DNA of 49,401 nt from a candidate division WOR-3 bacterium (lineage in GTDB: Bacteria > Hydrothermota > Hydrothermia > JBDRYB01), in the NCBI GenBank assembly GCA_039803205.1, contig JBDRYB010000012.1, positions 1 through 49,401 of the forward strand. Reading direction: 5' to 3'. Position numbers and translations under genes: made by a program. The notes under the pieces were generated by a model. The model did not search any database and was not told where the DNA came from. It saw nothing but the letters and a program-made list of their open reading frames with translations. Shown in pieces: positions 19,302 through 30,272 of this stretch (the stretch's first letter is position 1; each line of letters begins with the position of its first letter).

Positions 19302-19457
19302 CGGGCAGCTTAAAATTATACAAGGGATAAGGGCTCGGGTTCACCAAGGCCTCAGAAAGGATTTTGCCTGCGCTGTGGTGCCTGAGGCCCCTGTTTCTTT
19401 CTCTGCCGAGATAAAGTCCACGAGCCTCCAGGATAGGGTTGTCCTTTGGATGAAGGG

Positions 19458-20048
19458 TCACCGAGAACCCCTGAGAAACCCCTCTACATACTTTGCGAAG
19501 AGGTCAAACTCAAGGTTCAGGAGAGAGCGGGGAGGCCTTGAGCCGAAAGCGGTTGCCTTGAGCGTGTGCGCAACTAGCGCAACAGTGAACCTGTTCGGGA
19601 GCAACTTGACCACCGTGAGGCTAACCCCGTCCACCGCGACAGGGCCCTTCTCAACGAGGTATTTCCCCCAAACACGAGGGAACTCTATCTCCATCTCCGC
19701 CTCCTCGCCCCTCCTGGTCAATCTCTTAAGGGTCCCCACCGCGTCAACATGGCCCTGGACCAGGTGGCCTGAGAGGAATTTATCTGGGGTTAAGGGAGTC
19801 TCAATGTTGACCATATAACCAGGCCTCAGGACCCGGCCGAACTTCGTCCTCTTGAGGGTTTCTGTGGATAAATAAGCCACGAATCCGTTTGAGAGGACCT
19901 CCTCAGCTGTGAGGCAAACACCATCAACAGCAACAGAATCCCCAACTGAGAGGCTTATCTCATCCATCTCAATCCTGACGCGCTTGCCCGGCCCTGCCGG
20001 AGAAACCTCAGCTATCTTTCCGATCCCTTCAATTATTCCGGTGAACAT
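19458..20048 (-). CDS. ribE: Riboflavin synthase (alpha chain)
   Basis: MFTGII, GDSVAVDGVCLT, GHLVQGHVD, VDGVSLT, NLEFD..KY. Confidence 0.95.
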   Translation of the reverse strand: MFTGIIEGIGKIAEVSPAGPGKRVRIEMDEISLSVGDSVAVDGVCLTAEEVLSNGFVAYLSTETLKRTKFGRVLRPGYMVNIETPLTPDKFLSGHLVQGHVDAVGTLKRLTRRGEEAEMEIEFPRVWGKYLVEKGPVAVDGVSLTVVKLLPNRFTVALVAHTLKATAFGSRPPRSLLNLEFDLFAKYVEGFLRGSR

Positions 20049-20090
20049 GACCAAATCCCTGGTTTTTACACGCGCAAGGGATAATAGCCA

Positions 20091-22121
20091 TCAGATCCTC
20101 CCTGCTTTCAGGGTCGCGTCCGAGACCTCAAGGAGCTCCTCTATGGGTATAGGAGGCTCTCCGCCCTCCTTGAGGTTCTCCAGGAAAACCCTCACTATCT
20201 CGCTTGTTCCCTTGTCCTGTTTTGCCCTGAAACGCCTCGCCCCCCGCTCTGAGAACAGGATGAGCTCTGTAAAATCCTCTATTATCCCAGCCACCCCTCG
20301 TCCCATAACCTCAATCCTCTCCTTGGGGAGGCTCTGAGGCCCCTCCGTGAAATAGGCTATTGCCGCGCCCGAACCATCCTCAAAACACAGGCAGAAAAGC
20401 ACGTTATCCGTTTTCTGATAGACAGGCTCCACCCCTGTTATTCGGGAACCGATCAGAAACCTCGCCAGATCAACGAAGTGACAGGCCTCGCCAAGGATCC
20501 TTCCGCCCTCTGTCGGGAGGTTTAGCCAATGGTTGGAGGGGACCGGCCCAGCATTCACCCTTATATTTACCTGATAAGGCCCGCGGCCCGCGATGTGTTC
20601 TTTGAGGAGCCTTGCCATCCTGGAAAAGCGCCTGCCGAAGTCAACGGCGAGAAAACCCCCTGTATTTGAAAGCACGCCGCGGAGGCTCTCAAGCTCCTCT
20701 CGCGTGATAACCAGAGGCTTCTCAACGAACACAGCCTTCCCAGCGCTGAGGGCTTCAACGGCGAGCCGGGCGTGAGAGGAGTGAGGAGTCGCTATGAAAA
20801 CAGCATCCAGATCGGGATCGTTCATGAGGCTCGTGGGATCAGGGGATGCCTTGGCGAACCCGTGGCGACGGGCAACATGTCCAGGGTTTACCTGATCGGC
20901 AACCCAGACGAGCTCAGCGAGACCACTGGACTTGATCGCTGGAATAAGGGTTGATGTGGCGAACCTTCCCGCGCCAATGAGCCCTATTTTTAACCCTTTT
21001 GCTTTAGGTTTGGGTATCTTAAGGAGGATCGCGCCCTCGGAGGGCTTCTCAGAAGGATACTCAAGGGCTATTCCCAAAAAATCCTCTCCCGACAGCAAAA
21101 GCGAATACGCCTCTGGCCCGCGCTCTATTGGAAACCTGTGGGTTACGAGGGGCTCAACCTCAACGGTTTTTCTCTCAAGGAACCCGAGAAACGCCTCTAG
21201 GCACCTTTTGATCGTCCAGCGGGACAATTCCTCAGGGTAATCAAGCCCAAGCAGTTCATATGTTGGGTCGTATCTTCCGGGGCCGTATGAGCGGGAAGAG
21301 AGGATGGTGATCTCCTTTGAGTAAAAATCCCAATACGGTATGGGTTTTTTCCAGGGGCCGAGGAAGAGAACACTGCCCCCAGGCCTCGCGGAGCGCCCCG
21401 CTACCTCCCCTAGGGAGCCCTCAGGGTCCGCGGCAGCAACTATGACGACATCATAATCCCCAGGGGGTTCTGAATCAGAGGCTTTTATCCCCAACTCCAA
21501 AGCCTTCCTGAGCCTAAAAGGGTTCCTCTCAAGCCCAAATACATTAGCCCCTGATGCTCTGGCTATCTGCGCGGCGAGGTTCCCGAGGATCCCAAGCCCT
21601 ATAACCAGAACCCTCTCGCCAGCCGAAACCCCTGCCCTTTTCGTGGCCCAAAAGGCAATGGCGCCCAGGGTTCCGAAGGCCGCGGCAAGGTCACCAACCC
21701 CTTCCGGAACCCTCGCGGACATGAGCTCGGGCACAGAGACGATCTCAGCGTGAAAGGCAAACTCCGCGCCGGAGCAAGAGACCCTGTCCCCCTCGTTGAA
21801 GCCGAGAACCCCTTCGCCAACCTCAATTACCTGGCCGGACAAGGAGTAACCCAGGGGGTAAGGCTCTGAGAGCCTCTCGGTTGCTAGCTTTATTGCCTCG
21901 GAAATGCCCCGCCTTTTGGCGAAATTCAGGAGCATCCTCACGAGATCCGGGCGACTCCTCGCCAGGGCCACGGGATTTCCGCCGAGTCTCATGCGCTCCC
22001 CCTCTGTTCCCGGGCTTAGAGCCGAGAAACGGGATCTGACCAGGATCATGCCCGGTGAGACTACTGGTGCTGGCTCCTCAACCAGAACAGCCTTTCCCTT
22101 GATCTGCACGAGCTTTTTCAT
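20091..22121 (-). CDS. Bi-domain oxidoreductase (MDR-like domain + Gfo/Idh/MocA domain)
   Basis: [60 protein letters not shown]. Confidence 0.88.
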   Translation of the reverse strand: MKKLVQIKGKAVLVEEPAPVVSPGMILVRSRFSALSPGTEGERMRLGGNPVALARSRPDLVRMLLNFAKRRGISEAIKLATERLSEPYPLGYSLSGQVIEVGEGVLGFNEGDRVSCSGAEFAFHAEIVSVPELMSARVPEGVGDLAAAFGTLGAIAFWATKRAGVSAGERVLVIGLGILGNLAAQIARASGANVFGLERNPFRLRKALELGIKASDSEPPGDYDVVIVAAADPEGSLGEVAGRSARPGGSVLFLGPWKKPIPYWDFYSKEITILSSRSYGPGRYDPTYELLGLDYPEELSRWTIKRCLEAFLGFLERKTVEVEPLVTHRFPIERGPEAYSLLLSGEDFLGIALEYPSEKPSEGAILLKIPKPKAKGLKIGLIGAGRFATSTLIPAIKSSGLAELVWVADQVNPGHVARRHGFAKASPDPTSLMNDPDLDAVFIATPHSSHARLAVEALSAGKAVFVEKPLVITREELESLRGVLSNTGGFLAVDFGRRFSRMARLLKEHIAGRGPYQVNIRVNAGPVPSNHWLNLPTEGGRILGEACHFVDLARFLIGSRITGVEPVYQKTDNVLFCLCFEDGSGAAIAYFTEGPQSLPKERIEVMGRGVAGIIEDFTELILFSERGARRFRAKQDKGTSEIVRVFLENLKEGGEPPIPIEELLEVSDATLKAGRI

Positions 22122-22513
22122 CCTGCAACCACCTTAATCAGAACCTTCCTTGCCCGAGGGCCATCAAACTCGCAGAAGAACACCCCTTGCCATGTGCCAA
22201 GAACGAGCCTGCCTCCTTTGATTATCAAGGTTATTGAAGGAGAAACAAGCACGCTCTTTATGTGGCTGTCAGCGTTACCTTCGGTGTGAGAGTATCCGGC
22301 CCCGGCCGGAACAAGCCTTGAGAGGGTTCCGGATATATCGCTCGCCACCGAGGGATCCGCGGCCTCGTTGACTGTTATTCCGGCCGTAGTGTGAGGCACA
22401 TATATAACGCATATCCCATCGGAAACCCCCGAAGATGCAACGGCTTCCTCAACCTGCCGGGTTATGTCCAGAAGCTGGCACCTCCGGTCCGTCCTGAGGC
22501 TTATCTCTTTCAT
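22118..22513 (-). CDS. yjbQ: YjbQ/UPF0047 family protein
   Basis: PHTTAG...[25 protein letters not shown]; start placed at ATG 22513 (MKEISL). Confidence 0.9.
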   Translation of the reverse strand: MKEISLRTDRRCQLLDITRQVEEAVASSGVSDGICVIYVPHTTAGITVNEAADPSVASDISGTLSRLVPAGAGYSHTEGNADSHIKSVLVSPSITLIIKGGRLVLGTWQGVFFCEFDGPRARKVLIKVVAG

Positions 22514-22519
22514 GGGTAA

Positions 22520-22618
22520 ATTATAGGGTCTATATGCGGGCCTTTGCATTTATCAGGTTTAATTTCCAAGTTTGAGATGCGCCAGGCCTTGAAGTCCGGT
22601 AAAACAACCCCCTATAAT
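22520..22618. promoter_or_regulatory. Divergent promoters for yjbQ (minus) and the beta-helix gene (plus)
   Basis: Minus: TATAAT at 22525-22520, 6 nt from the ATG. Plus: TTGAAG(22589)-18 bp-TATAAT(22613), then SD AAGGAGG. Confidence 0.6.
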
Positions 22619-22637
22619 TTCCATCAAGGAGGTTCCT

Positions 22638-24512
22638 ATGAGGACCTTTATAGCGATTCTTTCAATAATCGGCTTGGCCATAGGGGCCACATACAAGGTG
22701 ACAGACCTCGCGGACTCCGGCCCCGGCACCCTTCGCGAGGCCATAACCTCGGCGAACGCGAACCCGTGGCCGGACACGGTTGTGTTTGACACCCTCGCGT
22801 TCATTTCTAATGGCTACACACCAATATCCCGCGCGGCCCAGGGGGGCGAGAGCGCGTGGAGGATAACCCTGGCCTATGACCTTCCCCCTCTCACGGACAA
22901 CTGGGGCCTAACCATACTCGGGGACATAAACGGGAACGGAACCCCGGATATCGTTCTTGACGGAAATCTCATGGCAGGCAATGGCCTAGCCCTCCACTCG
23001 AGGTGGAACATCATAAAGGGCCTCGTGATATGCAATTTCACGAACGCTGGAATATACATAGAAGAGACCATCCAAAACCAGGTAATGGGTTGCTGGATAG
23101 GCACTGACCCTGAGGGTATAGCCCCGGCCCCGAACACCTATTATGGCATCGTGATATGGGATGCGGATTCCAACCGGATAGGAACGGACCTGGATGGGCT
23201 TGGTGATGAGCGAGAGGGCAACATCATATCCGGCAATGGCTTTTGTGGATTATATATCTACAAAGGCTTCAACAACCAGGCCTCAGGCAACAGGATAGGC
23301 CTCGGATACACTGGCCAGGCCTGCCCTAATAACTATGGGGGGATTCATGTGAATGCCTCCTCGTATTGCCTAATTGGTGATAGCGCGGGCTACTCCGGGA
23401 GGAACATCATATCCGCGAATGTCATGAGGGGCATTATCGTGGACTCATCGGATCACATCTGGGTAGCTCACAACTACATAGGAACGGACACATCAGGAAC
23501 GACCTCAGGAGGGCCTCAGGCAGACGGCATAGAAATAAGCAAGAGCACATACACCCAGGTCAACGACAACATCATATCGGGAGTGGGGCACGGGGTTGAG
23601 GTCAGTCGCGGCTCATACAACCACATCTACGGGAACTTCATAGGCTGTGATATGAACGGGAACTCCATAGGGAACGAGGGGATAGGCGTCTACATATATG
23701 ACTCATCGCAGTATAATGTCGTCGGCTACAACCCGTATGTCCCTTATCCGAGCTCGGGCAACACCATAGCCTACAACGGCTTGGCAGGGATAGTCGTCGG
23801 ATCAAGCGTCAGCGATTTCTACACGATAATAGACAGGCTTTCCAGGAACAACATATACTACAACGGAGGGCTTGGAATTGACCTCGCGAACAATGGCGTC
23901 ACGGTCAACGACCCGGGTGATTTGGATTTCGGCCCCAATCTTCTCCTGAACTATCCGGTAATAACCGGAGCGACCCACTATGACCTTGGGGATTCAGCCG
24001 TGATAACAGGAACCGCCGCGGCGAGCTCCACGGTTGAGGTTTATCTCGCTACGGGAATCGCTGATCCCACCGGCTATGGCGAGGGGATTTATCTCGCGAC
24101 AGCGAACGCTGACGGCGCTGGGAGCTGGCGCGTTGTGGTGCCAGGTGGGCCCACTGCAGGCGATACCATAACCTCGGTCTGCATAGACCAGTATCAGAAC
24201 ACATCTGAGTTCTCGCCCTATTATACGGTCCAGAATGTTGGGGTTGAGGAGTCCGGCGTTCCCGTGAAAACCGAGCTCGTGGTTATGCCATCAGCCAAAG
24301 GGCTCAGGATCGTTTTCGGCCTTCCTCAGGCCGGCAGGGTATCCCTGAGGGTTTACGGCATTGAGGGTAGGCTCGTCTCCGTGCTCTGGGAAGGCTTGGC
24401 AGACGCGGGGACACACGAGATCTCGTGGGAACCCGGAAAACCTGGAACATACCTCCTAGTCATGGAGTCCGGAGGAAAAAGGCTATACAGGGCCGCGGCG
24501 GTCGCGAGGTAA
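22638..24512 (+). CDS. Secreted parallel beta-helix repeat protein with C-terminal FlgD/T9SS-like sorting domain
   Basis: Signal peptide, DSGPGTLREAI..AN, repeated N.ISGN...GI and GN.IGTD units, NTSEFS, C-terminal GVEE...V.L.VY...GR.V...G.H...W......GTY. Confidence 0.85.
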   Translation: MRTFIAILSIIGLAIGATYKVTDLADSGPGTLREAITSANANPWPDTVVFDTLAFISNGYTPISRAAQGGESAWRITLAYDLPPLTDNWGLTILGDINGNGTPDIVLDGNLMAGNGLALHSRWNIIKGLVICNFTNAGIYIEETIQNQVMGCWIGTDPEGIAPAPNTYYGIVIWDADSNRIGTDLDGLGDEREGNIISGNGFCGLYIYKGFNNQASGNRIGLGYTGQACPNNYGGIHVNASSYCLIGDSAGYSGRNIISANVMRGIIVDSSDHIWVAHNYIGTDTSGTTSGGPQADGIEISKSTYTQVNDNIISGVGHGVEVSRGSYNHIYGNFIGCDMNGNSIGNEGIGVYIYDSSQYNVVGYNPYVPYPSSGNTIAYNGLAGIVVGSSVSDFYTIIDRLSRNNIYYNGGLGIDLANNGVTVNDPGDLDFGPNLLLNYPVITGATHYDLGDSAVITGTAAASSTVEVYLATGIADPTGYGEGIYLATANADGAGSWRVVVPGGPTAGDTITSVCIDQYQNTSEFSPYYTVQNVGVEESGVPVKTELVVMPSAKGLRIVFGLPQAGRVSLRVYGIEGRLVSVLWEGLADAGTHEISWEPGKPGTYLLVMESGGKRLYRAAAVAR

Positions 24513-24535
24513 AACCCTCTCCAAGGGAATATGAG

Positions 24536-26122
24536 ATGTTCGGCTCTCCCAGTTTTGGGAGGTTTATCCGGCTAGCTGGCAGAATAGCGGGAACAATAGC
24601 CTTCCTCCTGGCCGGAGGTTTCCTCTCGTATTCGCTTGCTATAGGAGGCCACATTGTTATCGGTGGCACCGAGATAAACCTCAGGGATCCCCTCCTCATG
24701 CTAAACAAGTGCCTGGGCCTTGTTCTCCTGGGGCTCTTTCTCTGGGGAAAAGGGAATTTCATCATCCCGATTCTAAGATGCTTGGGAACCAGAAAGGGCA
24801 TGCTCGCCCTCTGGGGTGGGGTTTTCTTCGCTTATTCATCCATGAGCCTTATCGCTCACTACTTCCACAGCGATACCGTTTGGGATTACGCCATCTTTGA
24901 GAGCTACATGTTTCACATTGCCAGATACGGCCAGGCCCAGGCCTTTGTGAGCGGGCCCATTTCCATGGTCAGCGACCACCTCTTCTTCGTATTCTACCCA
25001 TATGCCGTAATATACGGATTCCTAGGGGTGAACGCGGTAATGGTCCTGCACAAGCTCCTTCTTTCAACCGCTGTGCCCTTTGCCTGGCTTCTCTGCCGTG
25101 AAATAGGGCACGATGAGAAGCCTAGGGGCCTTGCCGCTCTGACAGCGGCTCTCGCACCAACCTTCTTTAGGCTGGGTGTCACCGATCTCTATCCTGAGGT
25201 CCTCATCTTCCCTCTAGGCCTTGCCTTGGCCTGGGCATTCCACGGGAGAAAGTGGCCCCTGTTCGCTTTATTCGCTCTGGCCATGGTTTTAGTGAGGGAG
25301 GACGGAGGATTCATCCTGGGCTTTATGGGGGTCTACTTCGCCATTCACCAGAGGAACTGGCGCTGGCTCTTTCTCACACTCCTTGGCCTTGGCGTATCCT
25401 TCGGTCTCATGGAGGCCCAGGCCTCTGTAGCTGGCTACTACCCAGCAAAACTAACATCCCGATATGGCATAAGGTCCTTGTTTGATATAGCTGGCCTCCT
25501 GCGCCTTCTTATCAGGGCCTTGAACCCAGTTGGTTTCGTCTTCTTCATGCTTACAGTGCTCCCCTTTGGCCTCCCGCCTTTCCTCAGGGTTCGGTATCTC
25601 GTGCCCGCATACCTCTCGGCCATTCCGCACCTGGCGAGCGCATACTTCAGGCAAGCGCAACTGAGAGGTGTAAACGCGGTGTTTTTGTATCCGTTGATAT
25701 TTCTCGCTTTCGTCCATGGCTTGAGAAAGATAAAAGAGGAGCATTTTAACCTAAATGCCCTCCTCATCCTTTCACTTCTCTTTGTTTTTGGGGACAGATG
25801 GCTCAGACACAGGGTCAACCCAGCCTATGCGGCCGCGGCCGCAAAAGCCATTTCCATGATCCCATCTGAAAAAGCCGTTGTCTCAACCCCGTGCCTTGCC
25901 AACAGGCTCGGAGGGAGGGATACCCTTTACATCCTGCCCGGGGTGCGCCCGGATATTGCCGAATATGTGCTTTTGGAGGAAACGGACATATATTACAGAG
26001 ACAGCTGCGGGAAGGCCATAGAATTCCTCCGAGAGAAGGGGTATCGGGAGGTTTTCTCCGGGGAAGGGATCCATCTGCTAGAGTGTCCCCCGGCCTTGAA
26101 AACCCCCAATCCCCTGCATTAA
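24536..26122 (+). CDS. DUF2079-like polytopic membrane protein (GT-C-like)
   Basis: D.AIF, DH, REDGG, RY and C-terminal IP....V motifs; many TM helices; start moved to ATG 24536 to avoid overlap. Confidence 0.7.
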   Translation: MFGSPSFGRFIRLAGRIAGTIAFLLAGGFLSYSLAIGGHIVIGGTEINLRDPLLMLNKCLGLVLLGLFLWGKGNFIIPILRCLGTRKGMLALWGGVFFAYSSMSLIAHYFHSDTVWDYAIFESYMFHIARYGQAQAFVSGPISMVSDHLFFVFYPYAVIYGFLGVNAVMVLHKLLLSTAVPFAWLLCREIGHDEKPRGLAALTAALAPTFFRLGVTDLYPEVLIFPLGLALAWAFHGRKWPLFALFALAMVLVREDGGFILGFMGVYFAIHQRNWRWLFLTLLGLGVSFGLMEAQASVAGYYPAKLTSRYGIRSLFDIAGLLRLLIRALNPVGFVFFMLTVLPFGLPPFLRVRYLVPAYLSAIPHLASAYFRQAQLRGVNAVFLYPLIFLAFVHGLRKIKEEHFNLNALLILSLLFVFGDRWLRHRVNPAYAAAAAKAISMIPSEKAVVSTPCLANRLGGRDTLYILPGVRPDIAEYVLLEETDIYYRDSCGKAIEFLREKGYREVFSGEGIHLLECPPALKTPNPLH

Positions 26123-26146
26123 CATTATGGGCAAATCGGAGGAGAA

Positions 26147-26893
26147 ATGGCTGGCCACTCCAAGTGGGCTCAGATAAAACACAAGAAGGCAAAGGTTGAC
26201 GCGCAGAAGGGAAAGCGCTTTGCCAAGCTCATAAGGGAGATACAGGTTGCGGCAAGACTAGGGGGCCCCGACCCTGATATGAACCCGAGACTGAGGCTGG
26301 CGATTGACAGAGCCAGGGCCGCAAACATGCCCATGGACAACATAGAGAGGGCTATCAAGAAGGCTACGGGAGGCGAGGAGGGCGCTGGGCTTGAGGAAAC
26401 GATCTATGAGGGATACGGCCCTGGCGGCGTTGCTATTATGGTCGTCACCTTGACGGACAACAAGAACCGGACAACTGGCGAAATAAGGCATGTGCTTTCC
26501 AAGTATGGCGGCAACCTCGGGAAATCCGGGACGGTCGCGTGGCAATTCTCTGAGAAGGGCGTTATCTATGTTGAAAAGGAAGGGGCATCTGAGGATGATG
26601 TTTTCGCTGTGGCAGTTGATGCTGGCGCTGAGGACTTCAAGGCCCTCTCAGACACATACGAGATAACCACGGACATAAAGGGTTTTGGCCGGGTAAAATC
26701 AGCACTTGAATCAGCTGGGTTCAGGGTGTCATCCGCTGAGATAACCCGTCTCCCGAAAACCACAGTCAGGGTATCAGAGCGCGATGCGGAGCGGCTCCTC
26801 AAGCTCATAGACGCTCTTGAAGAGCTGGACGATGTCCAGGATGTCTACGCGAACTTTGACATACCTGAGGAGGTCTTGGAGGCTCTGGCTTGA
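26147..26893 (+). CDS. yebC: YebC/PmpR family protein
   Basis: [43 protein letters not shown]. Confidence 0.97.
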   Translation: MAGHSKWAQIKHKKAKVDAQKGKRFAKLIREIQVAARLGGPDPDMNPRLRLAIDRARAANMPMDNIERAIKKATGGEEGAGLEETIYEGYGPGGVAIMVVTLTDNKNRTTGEIRHVLSKYGGNLGKSGTVAWQFSEKGVIYVEKEGASEDDVFAVAVDAGAEDFKALSDTYEITTDIKGFGRVKSALESAGFRVSSAEITRLPKTTVRVSERDAERLLKLIDALEELDDVQDVYANFDIPEEVLEALA

Positions 26894-27339
26894 GAATAAT
26901 GGGAGTTGATACCGGAGCTAATGCTGTCGGTATCTGTGTGGTTGAGAGCGAGAGGGTCTTGGCAACATGCGATCTGAGGCCAAAGGGATCCCTGGGCCAG
27001 AGGCTCCTTTCCATATACTCTGAGATGCTAAGGGTTATTGATGAGTTCGCGCCGGGTCTTTTGGTCATGGAGGCCGTAATATATCACAAGAATCCAAAGA
27101 CCGCGCTGATCATGGGCGCGGCAAGGGGCGCGGTTCTCCTTGCGGCAGCCGAGAGGAGCATCCCGGTCAAGGAAATATCCCCCACGGCGGTGAAGAAGGC
27201 GGTCTCAGGAACGGGAAGGGCAGGAAAGGAGAGCGTCGCCTACATGATCAAGAGGCTTTACAACATCCAAGGTGAAGTATCTGAGCATGTCGCTGATGCT
27301 CTCGCGGTCGCTTGGTGTGGGGAGACAATACTGCAATAA
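26890..27339 (+). CDS. ruvC: Holliday junction resolvase RuvC
   Basis: GVDTG, acidic E in LVME, P..VKKAV.G.G.A.K, ADALAVA; follows yebC. Confidence 0.92.
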   Translation: MRIMGVDTGANAVGICVVESERVLATCDLRPKGSLGQRLLSIYSEMLRVIDEFAPGLLVMEAVIYHKNPKTALIMGAARGAVLLAAAERSIPVKEISPTAVKKAVSGTGRAGKESVAYMIKRLYNIQGEVSEHVADALAVAWCGETILQ

Positions 27340-27367
27340 GGCGTCCAGAAACCATTTGTCCTCGGGC

Positions 27368-28357
27368 CTAGCCCTCGTCCAGCTCCCAACTGGGATAAAC
27401 GCCGGCGCTCAGCGGAGTAAAAAGCCCTCTCTCAAGCCTGAACAGCCCTGTTCCTGCTATCATCGCTCCGTTGTCGGTTGAATATCTCGGATCGGGGAAT
27501 ATCACATCCTCGCCAAATGCCCTCCTGAATTTTTCCCTGAGGGCCTGATTCACGGATACCCCCCCAACGACTACGAGCTTCCTCACCCCCGTCATCTCAA
27601 CCCCACCCAAGCATACCTCAAGCAGTTGCAGAAAGGCCGCTTCCTGAAAGCTGGCGCATATGTGGCTTATGTTCTCAGAGACAAACCAGGGCTCCTGTCT
27701 CGTGATGTAATATAGAACCGAGGTCTTCAGGCCGGAATAGCTGAAACCCAGGTGATCGAACTTGGGGACAGGGAAATGGTGAAAGTCCGGGTTGCCGTCC
27801 CTCGCGAGCCTCTCGATCTCCGGGCCCCCGGGATAACCAAGATCCATTATCCTCGCGACCTTGTCAAAGCACTCCCCGACCGCGTCGTCCTTTGTCCTCG
27901 CGAGAACGCGGTATCTCCCCCAATCTAGCACATGAACCAGGTCAGTGTGGCCTCCGGAGGCAATTAGAGCGAGAAACGGTGGGTCAACGCGCTGACCGAG
28001 CAAAACCGAGAATATGTGGCCCTCAAGGTGATTCACCCCAACAAAGGGGACCTTCAAGGCCTGAGAAATTGTTTTGGCAAATACCACACCGACCATAAGC
28101 GCGCCGGGAAGGCCTGGGCCAAGGGTAGCGGCCACGCCATCAAGTCCATCCCAGGAGATCCCAGCCCTCTCAAGCGAAATCTTGGTAAGCCTGGGGAGGA
28201 GCCTCATGTGCGCGCGGGCGGCTATCTCGGGGACAACTCCGCCAAAAACCCTGTGTTCATCATGGGTTCTGGTTGCCTCGGAGAGAACGCGAAAACCATC
28301 CGTAACCACCGCGCAAGCTGTCTCATCGCAGGAAGTATCTATCCCAAGGATCCGCAA
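27368..28357 (-). CDS. tsaD: tRNA N6-adenosine threonylcarbamoyltransferase
   Basis: GIDTSCDET, GGVVPEIAAR.H, NHLEGH, SGGHT, DDA.GE.FDK, FSYSGLKT, TDNGAMI. Confidence 0.96.
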   Translation of the reverse strand: MRILGIDTSCDETACAVVTDGFRVLSEATRTHDEHRVFGGVVPEIAARAHMRLLPRLTKISLERAGISWDGLDGVAATLGPGLPGALMVGVVFAKTISQALKVPFVGVNHLEGHIFSVLLGQRVDPPFLALIASGGHTDLVHVLDWGRYRVLARTKDDAVGECFDKVARIMDLGYPGGPEIERLARDGNPDFHHFPVPKFDHLGFSYSGLKTSVLYYITRQEPWFVSENISHICASFQEAAFLQLLEVCLGGVEMTGVRKLVVVGGVSVNQALREKFRRAFGEDVIFPDPRYSTDNGAMIAGTGLFRLERGLFTPLSAGVYPSWELDEG

Positions 28358-28364
28358 GGCGCAA

Positions 28365-28394
28365 AGTTTAACGCGCGGGGAGGCCTTGGTTCAA
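28365..28394 (-). promoter_or_regulatory. Promoter for a leaderless tsaD transcript
   Basis: Minus strand TTGAAC-18 bp-TAAACT, 7 nt before the TTG start. Confidence 0.6.
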
Positions 28395-28500
28395 CCCGCT
28401 CCCAGAACAGATCATTTGGTTACGGAGCATGTGAAACTCGTTCCCGTGAGGGTCATGCAGGTTGGTTTCCCCCTTACCCCTTATGGAAAATTGCGCACAC

Positions 28501-28544
28501 GGGATCAAGCCTGTTTGATCCCCTCCCTGGCTCTAGCTTACAAT
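28501..28544 (+). promoter_or_regulatory. trpB2 promoter with overlapping palindrome
   Basis: GGGATCAA-N6-TTGATCCC (28501-28522) overlaps TTGATC(28515)-18 bp-TACAAT(28539); SD AAGGAG. Confidence 0.55.
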
Positions 28545-28572
28545 TTGGCCCCTAGATCAAGGAGATATTGTC

Positions 28573-29871
28573 ATGCCAAAGTGGAGATTTGTTACTCTTA
28601 GACCCGAGGAGCTTCCGAGGGAATGGTATAACATAGTGGCTGAGTTCGGGGATGAGTTCCCTCCCCCAAAGGACCCGGATGAGGGGCCCTCTCGGCTCGC
28701 CGAGCTCCCCAACATGCTCATAGAGGAGTGCTTGAAACAAGAGATGAGCCGTGAGAGGTGGATCCCCATCCCCGAGGAGCTTCTTGAGATATACACCCAG
28801 GCAGGAAGGCCGAGGCCCCTTTTTAGGGCTTATGCCCTTGAGAAGGCCCTTGATACTCCAGCAAGGCTATACTACAAGGCCGAGTTCTACTCACCTACAG
28901 GTTCACACAAGGTCAATACCGCGCTCGCGCAGTGCTTCTACGCGAAGAAGGCAGGTTTCAAGCGCATAACAACCGAGACCGGCGCTGGCCAGTGGGGGAC
29001 AGCGATAGCGTATGCGGCCGCACTCATGGGCCTCAAATCAACGATATACTGGGTCAGAGCAGTTCACGACTGGAAGCACGACCGCAGGACATTCATGAAG
29101 CTATACGGCGCTGAGGTCTTTGCTTCACCGAGCCCCAACACTGATTTCGGAAGAAGCTTATACGAGAAGAACCCGAAGCACCCTGGCTCTCTCAGCATAG
29201 CCATCTCAGAGGGGCTTGAGGACGCTAGGAAGCACGATGATACGGTATACACCCTTGGCTCTGTCTTGAACCATGTTCTCATGCATCAGACCATAATCGG
29301 GCTTGAGACCAAAAAGCAGTTTGAGCTATTTGAGGATTACCCGGACATCATGGTCTCTTGTCTGGGCGGGGGTTCAAACTTCGGAGGTTTCATACTTCCT
29401 TTTGCTGGTGAGGCATACACGAAGGGCCTCAAAACCAGGTTTCTGGCTGTCCAGAGCGAGGTCGCGCCAAACCTCCAGGGAGAGTATAAATATGACTTCG
29501 CGGATCACGCTGAGATGACCCCCATGCTCAAGATGTATACCCTCGGCCACCAGAAGGAGATGGCGCCAATAAAGGGCGACGGCCTCAGATACCACGGTGC
29601 GGCTCCCGTGATAAGCTTCCTTAGATATAAGGGCATGATAGACACGAAGGCTTATCCGAAGGACGAAAAGGAGGTCTTCGCGAAAGCGAGGCTCTTCGTC
29701 CAGACAGAGGGTTACATTCCCGCGCCGGAATCAGCATACTCTGTAGCTGGAGCGATTGACGAGGCTCTTAAGTGCAAGGAATCAGGAGAGGCCAAGTGCA
29801 TAGCCTTCAATATTTCAGGCCACGGGTTCCTTGACATACCCGGATACAGAGAGGTCCTGGGCCTGGACTAG
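28573..29871 (+). CDS. trpB2: Stand-alone tryptophan synthase beta chain, TrpB2 type
   Basis: LP..WYNI, SPTGSHK.N (PLP Lys), TETGAGQWG, GSVLNHV, GGGSNFGG, GLRYHG, PAPES, SGHG; no trpA nearby. Confidence 0.93.
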   Translation: MPKWRFVTLRPEELPREWYNIVAEFGDEFPPPKDPDEGPSRLAELPNMLIEECLKQEMSRERWIPIPEELLEIYTQAGRPRPLFRAYALEKALDTPARLYYKAEFYSPTGSHKVNTALAQCFYAKKAGFKRITTETGAGQWGTAIAYAAALMGLKSTIYWVRAVHDWKHDRRTFMKLYGAEVFASPSPNTDFGRSLYEKNPKHPGSLSIAISEGLEDARKHDDTVYTLGSVLNHVLMHQTIIGLETKKQFELFEDYPDIMVSCLGGGSNFGGFILPFAGEAYTKGLKTRFLAVQSEVAPNLQGEYKYDFADHAEMTPMLKMYTLGHQKEMAPIKGDGLRYHGAAPVISFLRYKGMIDTKAYPKDEKEVFAKARLFVQTEGYIPAPESAYSVAGAIDEALKCKESGEAKCIAFNISGHGFLDIPGYREVLGLD

Positions 29872-29890
29872 CTGATCTTACCGGATCGTT

Positions 29891-30172
29891 CTATTGTTTC
29901 TCCTGCGAGTGCTTGTAGATCTTTATACCGTCAAACACTGACCAGACATACATGCTGAGAGGGACACCGAGGCAAAAAATCATAAATGGCAGGAAGATGC
30001 TCATAACAAGCGAGAAAGGATCGCTGGGAACCGGAGCGCTTTCCACAGAAACAGAGGTGAAGGCCCAACAAAAACCGAGAAAAATGGAGACCAAGCTCAC
30101 AACTATCTGGGTTATGCCGTTTATCCTCCTGGGCCTCTTCCTCATGCCCAAAACGATAAACCACGGGGTCAA
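29891..30172 (-). CDS. Small hypothetical membrane protein, 5' end possibly degenerate
   Basis: Two TM segments ending YVWSVFDG; weak TTG start without SD. Confidence 0.45.
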   Translation of the reverse strand: MTPWFIVLGMRKRPRRINGITQIVVSLVSIFLGFCWAFTSVSVESAPVPSDPFSLVMSIFLPFMIFCLGVPLSMYVWSVFDGIKIYKHSQEKQ

Positions 30173-30272
30173 TCAGGGCTAGAGCCCGGGGGGTGAAGGA
30201 TCACTTTTCCCCACTTCCTCGCCCTGCCTTATAATTTTCGGGCTAAGAGAAAGTGTTCGGAGGAAAGCTGAC

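Noticed and set aside
26890..27367. Absence of ruvA/ruvB after yebC-ruvC
   Set aside because: Splitting of this cluster is common and uninformative without the rest of the genome.
28354..28366. 13-bp match (GCAAGGCGCAAAG) between the terminal repeat hairpin (101-113) and the tsaD start region
   Set aside because: A match of this length between a 127-bp element and 49 kb on two strands is plausible by chance.
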